A stretch of 64,000 nt of DNA from a virus. Made by a program: the position numbers and the translations under genes. This document shows positions 28,152 to 36,381 of the stretch, piece after piece. Location: positions 1 to 64,000 of IMG/VR virus record IMGVR_UViG_3300032893_000013; one strand, given 5' to 3'. The notes under the pieces are model-generated. The model was not told the origin of the DNA. It searched no databases and saw only the letters and a list, made by a program, of their open reading frames with translations. Within the stretch, counting starts at the first letter, position 1. Each line of letters begins with the position of its first letter.

Positions 28152-29832
28152 GGAGATTCTCTTCTGTTGCAATTGGATGTGGATGGAAAAGCTGAACCGT
28201 TCCTTTAATCACTGGATGGTCGGCATTAGGTGCCCAGATTCCCTTATAGCCATTTTTCTTGATGTTCGAGAAAATCATGTCAGTGTTCCACGCGCCGCCA
28301 TTGTTTTGTATGGCTTGGCTGACCAATCCTTTCGGATCTTTTTGAAGATCGTAAAGGTGCTGTGGATGAACGAATGATTTGTAGCGAGAAGCGGCGCCGG
28401 AAGTCACGATGTCTTCGGGTTCAGTTCCTTTGATGTAATGGAAGCTAGTCTTTGTTTCCGGAAGACCATATTTGTATTGGCCGCCTGAACGAACGCCTGA
28501 CGATCCCATTTTTTCAGGATCAATTTCCTTCAAACCTTGAATTGGACTGTAGTGAATCAATTCCAAAGGACCTTCTTCAGAGCGCATGAGCGGAGCGCCA
28601 TCGCCACGATTGCGGATCTTGCGGTTTCTGATTATACCACGCTTTGGATGGCGAACCAAGTATCCGGACGCGAGCCAATTGCTCATGACATAAGCCGGGA
28701 TGTCGAAATGATCGTGATTTTCTTTTTCTTGCGGCTGTTGCGGATCGGGCTGATGCTGGAGATAACTGCTTTGCCAATCTTGAGGCTGATCTAGCACATC
28801 AACGTCCTGCTTTTCAAGTTCAGATGCCGCCAACTTCTTTCTTTTTCGCTCTGCATGAAGTTTTTCATGCTCTTTGCGCGGCATGTCCTTAATAGTTCTC
28901 CATCCTCCAGGACTTCCAGGCGTTTCCCAAAGGTTACGCAGGTGCCAATCAGTTCCCTCAACTCCACGCTCCGCAACTGGTATGGTGTGATGACCGTGCG
29001 TTTCTGGCTTTTTCTGTCCGGCATCTTTTTCAAGATCATGCAGTTTGAGCTTTTTATTGCGCTCAACTTCCAGTTGAGCAATCTCTTCTGGAGTGTAAAT
29101 TTTTACAGGATTGAATTTACTTTTTCGGCGGGCTTCAAGAGCTTCTTTGATCGCTTGATGTTTTCCAGATTGGCGTCCGCCCGGAGCAATCTGCTTCACT
29201 TCTTTGTTTGGACCTGCGACTTCCGCGACTTGACCAGTGCGGTTTGATTTTCTTTGCGCATTGTCCTTTTGACTGTAGAGCTTCATGGGCTTTGGGCCGT
29301 AGTCAGATTTCGCAATCTCCGCTTTTTTTGCGGAGCTTTCTTCTTTTTTCTCCGCAGACTTCATTCCCATGAAAGAAAATACACAGTTCTTATCGACGGG
29401 TGTGTGTGAATTTTCAACGATCTCAGTCGGGACGATCCCGCCTTTGCAGTCGATCCACTCCCACTTGCCAACTTCTTTGTCGGGATCGTTTTTCGTTGTC
29501 GGCCTTTCGCCTTCCCAGTTGTATTTGAAGGCGTGGATCTTTTTCTTTTTGCCGGTGAACGTCGTGACATCTTTCGATCCTAAATATTTGAGATCCTTGG
29601 CATCAACTTTAATTCCAGCTTCCTCAAACAACTCACGGACGGCACCTTCATTTTTCTCTTCACCTTTATCGAGATGTCCGCCCGGAAGCGTCCATCGTCC
29701 ATTGTCGCGACGTTTACCCATAAGCAGAGAATCACCGTCGCAAACGGCAATAGTAGCCACTTCAGAAGTGTCATCTTTGGCCGCCTTCCGTAAGAGATCG
29801 TAAATTTTGAGGGTTTTTTCGAGAAAATCCAT
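28144..29832 (-). CDS. Polyprotein: Nudix hydrolase + small modules + ART-like C-terminal domain
   Basis: Nudix box GGHLDKGEEKNEGAVRELFEEAG; C-terminal LIHYS..IDP..LYD..GYKGI. Confidence 0.8.
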   Translation of the reverse strand: MDFLEKTLKIYDLLRKAAKDDTSEVATIAVCDGDSLLMGKRRDNGRWTLPGGHLDKGEEKNEGAVRELFEEAGIKVDAKDLKYLGSKDVTTFTGKKKKIHAFKYNWEGERPTTKNDPDKEVGKWEWIDCKGGIVPTEIVENSHTPVDKNCVFSFMGMKSAEKKEESSAKKAEIAKSDYGPKPMKLYSQKDNAQRKSNRTGQVAEVAGPNKEVKQIAPGGRQSGKHQAIKEALEARRKSKFNPVKIYTPEEIAQLEVERNKKLKLHDLEKDAGQKKPETHGHHTIPVAERGVEGTDWHLRNLWETPGSPGGWRTIKDMPRKEHEKLHAERKRKKLAASELEKQDVDVLDQPQDWQSSYLQHQPDPQQPQEKENHDHFDIPAYVMSNWLASGYLVRHPKRGIIRNRKIRNRGDGAPLMRSEEGPLELIHYSPIQGLKEIDPEKMGSSGVRSGGQYKYGLPETKTSFHYIKGTEPEDIVTSGAASRYKSFVHPQHLYDLQKDPKGLVSQAIQNNGGAWNTDMIFSNIKKNGYKGIWAPNADHPVIKGTVQLFHPHPIATEENLHA

Positions 29833-29845
29833 GTACCCCTTAAAA

Positions 29846-29870
29846 TTAAGATTTTGGGATAAGTAGTGGA
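29846..29870 (-). promoter_or_regulatory. Late-promoter-like motif copy
   Basis: TCC-actac-TTA-tccca-AAATCTTAA. Confidence 0.7.
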
Positions 29871-29878
29871 TTTTGCTC

Positions 29879-30784
29879 TTAAATATGAGACATGAAGAAC
29901 TTCTTGCCGAAGCGTTTGGCAATCAGGTCTTCAAGGTCTTTGGCCTGCGTTTCGAGATCCTGCATACGCTGGACATACAGTTGCGGGCCGGGGCCTGACA
30001 CGCTCTGGGAAGAGCCGTCTAAGCTGATGGATTGACTATTGAATCGGTTAAGAGGACCGATCATAGAAAGGATTTTTTGAGCCGTCCGACAGCCGATCAA
30101 ATCGTTGATCGGAGCGGGGATCGCATTTTCATCGAATCCGCATGTATATTTTACAGCCCAGAAGCTGGGAATCCACTGGAGTTGCGAGAAAATCGCAAAA
30201 AGCGGAGCGGCGGCGCCAGCGGACGGGCCGACAACGCCATACGAACCGAAAGTCGTTTGAAGAGGAACGAAGTGAAGAAGTCCCTTGTGGGCCATGTTCA
30301 TGTCGATCCAGTCGAGAGGTACGATGTAAAGCGGAGCGCCCTCAACATCATTGCCTGCGTTATTCTGAACGTTCTGGACGCCATTTTGGATCGACTGACT
30401 GTTGCTGGCGCGGATTGCCACTTCCTGAACAGAATTCACGTTTCCGTGCTTGAGTTGCAGTTGGTTCCAACCTTGAAGATATTTCGTGCGATCAAACTCA
30501 ATACGGTCGAACCGCTGAACGGGAGTGATGTCGATTTTGATTTTCAGTTCAATGTCAGCGGCAGTCTTGCGAATGAAAGTTTTGATCGTATCATCACTCA
30601 GCTTTTCCTGGGTGATCGGGCTGACAAGCGGAATGCCGAAAAGGTATTCTTGACGAATACGCTCAGGAGTCATCCACTCTTCTACGCGAGAAAAGCCTGC
30701 TACGCCCTCACCAGAGAGCTTTGTTACTCCACCGGGATATAAACCAGCGGGATTCTTCTTGTTACTGCTGTAATCTTGTGACAT
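29879..30784 (-). CDS. Head-tail adaptor (neck) protein
   Basis: YLFGI..P, E..I-x-IDI-x-P, Y-x-x-GF, SISLDG-x-SQS pattern of SPO1/Twort-type adaptors. Confidence 0.7.
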   Translation of the reverse strand: MSQDYSSNKKNPAGLYPGGVTKLSGEGVAGFSRVEEWMTPERIRQEYLFGIPLVSPITQEKLSDDTIKTFIRKTAADIELKIKIDITPVQRFDRIEFDRTKYLQGWNQLQLKHGNVNSVQEVAIRASNSQSIQNGVQNVQNNAGNDVEGAPLYIVPLDWIDMNMAHKGLLHFVPLQTTFGSYGVVGPSAGAAAPLFAIFSQLQWIPSFWAVKYTCGFDENAIPAPINDLIGCRTAQKILSMIGPLNRFNSQSISLDGSSQSVSGPGPQLYVQRMQDLETQAKDLEDLIAKRFGKKFFMSHI

Positions 30785-31189
30785 TTAGCACGAATATTTC
30801 GATTGAGGACCGAAGATGACGGCTTGTTCGGCAGTAGCCGTTTTCACGTCCGTAACCGGGCCTGGAAGGGTTTGAGTTAGTTTCACAGACATATTGACGC
30901 CAGCGGCCATTGCGCTCTCAGTTGTGAGCATATTGAACGACCAAACCGAACGATCATCAGTGAAAGGGTTTGTTGGAATTTTTGCAATATTTTTTGATTG
31001 GTCAATGCTCGTGAGATTGACGTTCACGAGGGAACCGGACGCCGGGATGTATCGCTGACCGCCTTGGTCAAGATCAACGAGTTGAAACATGATCGTGGCC
31101 GTGTCACCCGGATTCACAATCACCTGATTCAAATACATCAGGTTGTTGAGGCCAGATCCACTGTTGAGCATTTTGATTCCGAGACGCAT
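30785..31189 (-). CDS. Ig-like/beta-rich virion protein
   Basis: Beta-rich sequence; late operon. Confidence 0.6.
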   Translation of the reverse strand: MRLGIKMLNSGSGLNNLMYLNQVIVNPGDTATIMFQLVDLDQGGQRYIPASGSLVNVNLTSIDQSKNIAKIPTNPFTDDRSVWSFNMLTTESAMAAGVNMSVKLTQTLPGPVTDVKTATAEQAVIFGPQSKYSC

Positions 31190-31197
31190 ACGAATCC

Positions 31198-31491
31198 TTA
31201 GAAGGGTAAATTGAATCCGCAATAGATTAGAATTTTTACAATTCCTGCGGCAATTCCGACGAACAAAGCGACTACCCCGAAAAACTTCAAAACGCCTTCG
31301 ACCATGGTCACATGCTTTTTGATTGGGGCAACGTCTTTTTGGAGCATCTCAATGGCTTTCTCAGCCAGGTCTGTACGATAGATATGATGTTTGATGTTTT
31401 CTTCCTGTCGAATCAAGGTCTTACCAATGTCGCCGAGATCCTTCTGAATCTCTTTGAGTTGATCCTTGACTTCTTTCATATCGTCAGACAT
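31198..31491 (-). CDS. Coiled-coil protein with C-terminal TM helix (holin/XhlA-like candidate)
   Basis: Heptads then FFGVVALFVGIAAGIVKILI; follows late motif. Confidence 0.55.
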   Translation of the reverse strand: MSDDMKEVKDQLKEIQKDLGDIGKTLIRQEENIKHHIYRTDLAEKAIEMLQKDVAPIKKHVTMVEGVLKFFGVVALFVGIAAGIVKILIYCGFNLPF

Positions 31492-31525
31492 GCCCCGCTC
31501 CGTGGAATAGAGTCCAGTTTCATTA

Positions 31526-31550
31526 TTAAGATTTGGAGCTAAGTTACTAA
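31526..31550 (-). promoter_or_regulatory. Late-promoter-like motif copy
   Basis: TTA-gtaac-TTA-gctcc-AAATCTTAA. Confidence 0.65.
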
Positions 31551-32368
31551 TATTGCAGGATATTTTCGTTGCGTAAAGTCTTCCTGTACTGAATCCAGCC
31601 CCGGAAATTGCCCGAGCGCACGTTAGGATCGCCGATGGCCAGAGCTTGGTGCTCAGCCGGGGAAGCGTGAATCGGCGCGCTACCAATTAGGCGCTCGTAA
31701 AGTTTCAGGTCTTCATCCAAGGAAGGCTCTTTTCCTTCATGATTTAGATAGGATACGCGGGCGCAGCGGGCGACTGAACATTTTATACACTCATCGTGGG
31801 AAAGATCCGACCAGCCATGTCCACCGGCAAAAGGAAGGTGCCATCCGCCTTCCCAATATCTGAAGGGTGCGCTTTCCTGACGCGCTGCGTGCATCTTGCG
31901 GGCCAGTTCTTGAATCTCAGGCTGTGCGGCGGGATGGATTCGGAGCGCAAAGAAATTATCGAAATCGGTCGCCGTGCAAACGACAGTGATGTGAGCATAT
32001 GGCTCAAGAATGCGGTTTGCGTACTGCTTGTGGACTTCCAGATCGGCCATCAGGTTGGCCATATCAACGGCTTGGTCACGGGCCGTAAGCCACGCTGCCA
32101 GCGCCTGCTCATGATCTTCGCCGGTCAAGACTTCGCCGCCCTGCATACCCTTTTTGTTTTTTGTAAAGGCAATTGGAATGGCGGGATTGTCCTTGACCAT
32201 CTGAATCTGTCGGCTTACTGGGATCGCCCGCGATGATGAGGCATTGCGCGAGAACATGCGATGCGTCATAAATTCGGCGTGAATGAAGCGTGGATACGTC
32301 AAAACGTAAGTCGTGAGTCGAATATCTGAAGGTGCGACTGAATCTGCAACAATTTTTGCTTCGATCAT
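31547..32368 (-). CDS. thyX: Flavin-dependent thymidylate synthase (phage type)
   Basis: YPRFIHAEFMTHRMFSRNASSSRAIP; HKQ-x-ANRILEP; ARCARVSY; HASPAEH. Confidence 0.93.
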   Translation of the reverse strand: MIEAKIVADSVAPSDIRLTTYVLTYPRFIHAEFMTHRMFSRNASSSRAIPVSRQIQMVKDNPAIPIAFTKNKKGMQGGEVLTGEDHEQALAAWLTARDQAVDMANLMADLEVHKQYANRILEPYAHITVVCTATDFDNFFALRIHPAAQPEIQELARKMHAARQESAPFRYWEGGWHLPFAGGHGWSDLSHDECIKCSVARCARVSYLNHEGKEPSLDEDLKLYERLIGSAPIHASPAEHQALAIGDPNVRSGNFRGWIQYRKTLRNENILQY

Positions 32369-32577
32369 TTTTCCCTCTTAGGTCCGTAGTGAAATTCTGG
32401 GTGTCCACCGGCAACGTAATGCTCTTGCGCATCCGGTCTGTGAATCTTCAAATGTCCGAATACCCACCAAAGAATGTCGCCCCACTGGAATCCGTGATCT
32501 TCGATCAAAGAATCAAGCAAGACTTCAAGCTCAAGGAAAATTTCACCGACTGTCAGTTTCTTTTTTTTCTTGGCCAT
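32365..32577 (-). CDS. Hypothetical protein
   Basis: ATGA overlap with thyX. Confidence 0.7.
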   Translation of the reverse strand: MAKKKKKLTVGEIFLELEVLLDSLIEDHGFQWGDILWWVFGHLKIHRPDAQEHYVAGGHPEFHYGPKREK

Positions 32578-32836
32578 ACCGTTTTGCCCTCCATGCCTGC
32601 ATCACTTTGCTGCGCACTTCATACGGACGCTCCACATAGAATGCAAGTGCGAACTTGATTTTCAGTATTCCAGCCACGAAAGTCACGCCTTTTTCAACTT
32701 TAGGATGCTGTACCGTCACGAAGGTAAACGTGTGACGATATGCGTCCAGCAGTAAAAGCGGATTGTCCCAAGAAATGTCCCAAAAAAACGAGACTCTAGG
32801 GAGCTTTGATGATAATTTCGTAAACAGGTTTTCCAC
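32543..32836 (-). CDS. Hypothetical protein
   Basis: GGAG then GTG at 32836; overlaps both neighbours. Confidence 0.5.
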   Translation of the reverse strand: MENLFTKLSSKLPRVSFFWDISWDNPLLLLDAYRHTFTFVTVQHPKVEKGVTFVAGILKIKFALAFYVERPYEVRSKVMQAWRAKRYGQEKKETDSR

Positions 32837-33176
32837 GTTTCTCCATTTGCTGGCGCATGTGCGCGCTTCCGCGAGATTTACCATCCCAAATCAACAGAAG
32901 TGCATCCGCGTAAAGGGACATTTCCGTATTTCTCATAGGTCCGGCCACTTTCCCAAACGTATCCCACTCTGGCGGGAATTTCACGAGTTTCGGCGCGAGA
33001 TTGCCGCAGAGCTTCAACATTTCCAGTTGCCACTTTTCGCCAGCTTGATCGACGCCCTTTGCAGTTCCGGATACGACTTCAGAAATCTTCGTGTCGAGTC
33101 CAAAGAAATTGATGATTTGACTCAGCATTTGCGTATTTGGACTGATGGTTCTGCTTCCGGCAATAATGAGTTTCAT
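32796..33176 (-). CDS. YspA/SLOG-family (DUF2493-like) protein
   Basis: IIAGSR, VVSGTAKGVD, AGPMRN-x-EM, WDGKSRGS. Confidence 0.85.
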   Translation of the reverse strand: MKLIIAGSRTISPNTQMLSQIINFFGLDTKISEVVSGTAKGVDQAGEKWQLEMLKLCGNLAPKLVKFPPEWDTFGKVAGPMRNTEMSLYADALLLIWDGKSRGSAHMRQQMEKRGKPVYEIIIKAP

Positions 33177-33403
33177 GCGTGTCCTCCAGCGGGATTGCCT
33201 TCAACAACAACGATCATTCGACCGGACTCGTCGGCATCCAGATAAAATGCTGGAGTATCGGAGATTTCTCCGCGACGATAGGCGCCGTTGAACTCAGAAG
33301 CGGCCATGCGCAAAAGTGCGCGCTCGTCTTCAATGCTCAACGTGCTGAGTTTTGTAGAAGAAAACAACTCATTGATCTTGGCAATAACTTTGGCAAGTCC
33401 CAT
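33173..33403 (-). CDS. Hypothetical protein
   Basis: AGGAGG RBS; ATGA overlap. Confidence 0.65.
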   Translation of the reverse strand: MGLAKVIAKINELFSSTKLSTLSIEDERALLRMAASEFNGAYRRGEISDTPAFYLDADESGRMIVVVEGNPAGGHA

Positions 33404-33412
33404 CGAATCCTC

Positions 33413-33988
33413 CTACTTCAATAATACATCTTTTGGCAATCTTTTCAATAGGTGAACGAGCAAAAGAAACGTATTCTCGGCATCGTCCGGCGCCCAATGC
33501 TTGGTTCCCTTAAAGGCCATTCCGACGCGAGTCATTGACTTTGCCAATCCAGAGCGGACTTTCAGCTTCTGGGCCATGGCACATGCCAGGAAAACCGTCT
33601 TTACATCAAATTCACGATGTCCGTATTCCCACGCGAGATATTCGCCATTACCGATTTGCTCCCACAGGTCATACAATTGCTTCCGAAGAGCTTTGTGATC
33701 GCCGCCGCCCCAAGTGACGAAATTGAGCGTGCAATTGTGCTTATGATAAAGCTCAGTCATTTCCTTGTAGGCTTCGGTGAGAAGAACGCCGCCGTTGACC
33801 ATTTCCTGAGTAATCGTGGTCAATTGCGTTATGAAGGGATTGATTGGATCAGTCACTTCAGGGACGTAGATGATCCAATCTTTCTTTTCGTGAACATGAC
33901 CAGTGTAGACATCGCCAATTACGATGCCTACCTGGATAATATTTTCACTGGGCTGATTAAGCTCCAGATCAAGAGACATTACGTTCAA
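33413..33988 (-). CDS. DEDDh 3'-5' exonuclease (ERI-1/KapD-like)
   Basis: SLDLE, IIQVG, LT-x-IT, TWG-x-x-D, H-x-A-x-DDA. Confidence 0.88.
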   Translation of the reverse strand: MNVMSLDLELNQPSENIIQVGIVIGDVYTGHVHEKKDWIIYVPEVTDPINPFITQLTTITQEMVNGGVLLTEAYKEMTELYHKHNCTLNFVTWGGGDHKALRKQLYDLWEQIGNGEYLAWEYGHREFDVKTVFLACAMAQKLKVRSGLAKSMTRVGMAFKGTKHWAPDDAENTFLLLVHLLKRLPKDVLLK

Positions 33989-33990
33989 GA

Positions 33991-34551
33991 CTACTCCCGC
34001 AGTTTGATTTGTTCATCCTTCTTGGTGTCAAATGCTTTTTCTGTGCGATTGGAAGTCACAATGTCGATTTTTGCGAGATCGACGCGGGGAAATCCAAGAG
34101 CGCGAGCGATGACTCCTGTGGGGAACGAATTCAATTGTGTCTCATAAATGCGCTTCTTGTCCAGCAAAACTTTTTGGTCAGCTTCAAAGCTGTTTCGGCC
34201 CGCTTCGATGACCTGCTGAACTTTGGTGTAGACTTCCGAATTCACCGTAGGATTCTGTTCCTTGATGAATTGGAAAACCGCTTTCGAGCCTTCGGCGCCG
34301 TAACGACCAGTGATGGCGGCTTTCGTGACCTTTTCGAGATCCGAAGTCATCATAGAGGGAACTTGCGCAACTTCCAGAACTTTTTTGACCATGTTGTCGT
34401 AATTGTTCTGGTTTTGCTTGTACTGGGCATTCAAGCCCGCTTCTTGCGTGACGAAATCGTTGTTGATTCCGATTACGGAACCGACGCCGACAAGCGTCAA
34501 GGTAACGACGGCCACAAAAAGGCCGATTGCAACTTTTGCTAGGGTAGACAT
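33991..34551 (-). CDS. LemA-like membrane-anchored protein
   Basis: N-terminal TM, E-x-NP, Y-x-x-x-LNSFP-x-G-x-IA-x-x-LGF. Confidence 0.7.
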   Translation of the reverse strand: MSTLAKVAIGLFVAVVTLTLVGVGSVIGINNDFVTQEAGLNAQYKQNQNNYDNMVKKVLEVAQVPSMMTSDLEKVTKAAITGRYGAEGSKAVFQFIKEQNPTVNSEVYTKVQQVIEAGRNSFEADQKVLLDKKRIYETQLNSFPTGVIARALGFPRVDLAKIDIVTSNRTEKAFDTKKDEQIKLRE

Positions 34552-34564
34552 AAGAACTCCTTTG

Positions 34565-34729
34565 TTATTTGTTTAGGGCCGCTGTCAATTTGGCACGTTG
34601 CTTCTTGGCGGCGAATCCGCCAGCGTCGAGCTTGGCCAATTTCTGCTCGACCGTAAGTTTGGCGTATTCAGCATTACGCTCTTCTGCCTGCTTACGTCTT
34701 TCTTCACGAACATTTTTAGTGATTCCCAC
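34565..34729 (-). CDS. Small basic phage protein (54 aa, not in ORF track)
   Basis: AGGAGG + GTG; MGITKNVREERRKQAEERNAEYAKLTVEQKLAKLD... Confidence 0.65.
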   Translation of the reverse strand: MGITKNVREERRKQAEERNAEYAKLTVEQKLAKLDAGGFAAKKQRAKLTAALNK

Positions 34730-34737
34730 GAATCCTC

Positions 34738-34893
34738 CTATCGACCGTTGCGCATCGTTTGGTGCATCGACCGTTTCAAAAATTTGATCTTGCCTTTGCT
34801 GGGTTTTGCCTTCGGCTCACCCTTTTTGTTTTTGCCAGTTCCGTTGATGCCACGCTGGAAGCCTGCAACGGCTTCTTTCGTTTTGTTGCTCAT
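34738..34893 (-). CDS. Small basic protein (51 aa, not in ORF track)
   Basis: AGGAG RBS, TAATG coupling; MSNKTKEAVAGFQRG... Confidence 0.55.
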   Translation of the reverse strand: MSNKTKEAVAGFQRGINGTGKNKKGEPKAKPSKGKIKFLKRSMHQTMRNGR

Positions 34894-36014
34894 TAGTATC
34901 TCCTATGGTGAATGGCCTCATCGACCATTTCGTTTTCGTCCTCTTGGTCAAAATCATTCTTCATGAAAAATATACCAAGTCCTACCGAAACAATCAAGCC
35001 AACAATCATTGACCAGATCCATACGCCCAAAGTCGGTACGGCTGAGTGCGCCAGGTACTCGAAATCCTTCATCGGCTTGCGATGATAGTATGTGTCAACG
35101 TTTTGCGCGACCGCATTCAAAATTAAAGAGTCGTACTGAACGCTGCCAATACCCAGAACTGCGTCTTTGATTGTGACTTCGGCCATTTTGTCCGTTGTCC
35201 AAGCCATGACTTCGGCCCATTGGATCTTTTTGTTGTCATCAATGCTCATTACGAGCACGACATCGTTCTTTTTCCCGCCCATCCATGACTGCTGGAGCGC
35301 ATAGAAGTAATCGTCGGGCTGATTCTTGGTGATTACAACTGAAATATTTACCTGTTTCTTGGCGCCAAGAGATCCGTTCAACTCTGAAAGCTGTCGATTC
35401 CATTCTGCCGGATTGTCAACCGTAGCTCCGTTTGTCAAAACCAGCCGGTCGAGACGATAGTAGTCATAAATTCGTTGCGGCGGCGCTACTAGAGATCCGG
35501 TCTTTTCATACTTCTCGACCAATCCCTGTTTTCGGAACAGACTATCGGGAGCGGCCTTGATGTAATTGACGTAACTGTGCGCAACTGAAGTCGGCTCACC
35601 AATTTTCACTGCGGAGAAGCGCGGCGGCTCTCGCAATCCCTGTCGATCAACGCGGTCAATGTCAATTTCTTCGTGATTACTGGTAAACACTTCCCAATCG
35701 ACATCGTAAGAATGCTCGTAGCATGTGTGCCAGCAAGTGCTGCATCCGTGTTTGTCGCAATTGCACGGGTACGGATTGCACGGATAGGAATGACTGCACG
35801 AAACGTGTTCCGATTTTTTCGAGGCCACAACGCCGTTCCAGATTTCAGTATCGTGAGTCGAAAGACAGCCGTGACCGGCGATGAAGAGCGACATGACGCC
35901 GATTTGCAAAAGATTCTGAAGGCCAAACTCGCCAATTGTGATCTTCTTCCCGCTCAAAATAAAGAACATGAAAGCTACAAACGTCGGAATGAGGAGCATG
36001 GTTAAAAGAATCAT
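34893..36014 (-). CDS. Membrane protein with Cys-rich loop and TPM-like extracytoplasmic domain
   Basis: Two N-terminal and one C-terminal TM; CSHSYPC..C..C..C; W-x-GGKKNDVVLV. Confidence 0.7.
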   Translation of the reverse strand: MILLTMLLIPTFVAFMFFILSGKKITIGEFGLQNLLQIGVMSLFIAGHGCLSTHDTEIWNGVVASKKSEHVSCSHSYPCNPYPCNCDKHGCSTCWHTCYEHSYDVDWEVFTSNHEEIDIDRVDRQGLREPPRFSAVKIGEPTSVAHSYVNYIKAAPDSLFRKQGLVEKYEKTGSLVAPPQRIYDYYRLDRLVLTNGATVDNPAEWNRQLSELNGSLGAKKQVNISVVITKNQPDDYFYALQQSWMGGKKNDVVLVMSIDDNKKIQWAEVMAWTTDKMAEVTIKDAVLGIGSVQYDSLILNAVAQNVDTYYHRKPMKDFEYLAHSAVPTLGVWIWSMIVGLIVSVGLGIFFMKNDFDQEDENEMVDEAIHHRRY

Positions 36015-36283
36015 ATTTGAATCCCCTTTGCTTCCATGAGAGCCTGAGCTTCATCAATCGTCAAACCGGACTTCAAAAGACCTGTGACTTCTTTGAAAAG
36101 AGAAGTTTCCTTCCAGCGTTTATCGGCTTCTTCAAAAATGGACACAAGATCGAAGGGCTTACCTGCGGCCTTTTGCTCTTTGGCAACGTCAGAAATGAGC
36201 TTCTGCTTCCAGCATTGACCACATTTTTCGTAGTCCTGGTGCTCCATATACGTCAAATCAATGTAATCTTCGTATGTGCTCAT
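36011..36283 (-). CDS. Hypothetical protein
   Basis: GGAGG RBS; ATGA overlap. Confidence 0.65.
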   Translation of the reverse strand: MSTYEDYIDLTYMEHQDYEKCGQCWKQKLISDVAKEQKAAGKPFDLVSIFEEADKRWKETSLFKEVTGLLKSGLTIDEAQALMEAKGIQI

Positions 36284-36381
36284 TCTGTCCTCCAAACAAA
36301 CAAGCCGGGAAGGTCAGCCAAATTCCTTCTCTGCACTGGTCCGCCGCTCATTGAGGCTCTAGCTCCGGCTTGCCTAATCGC

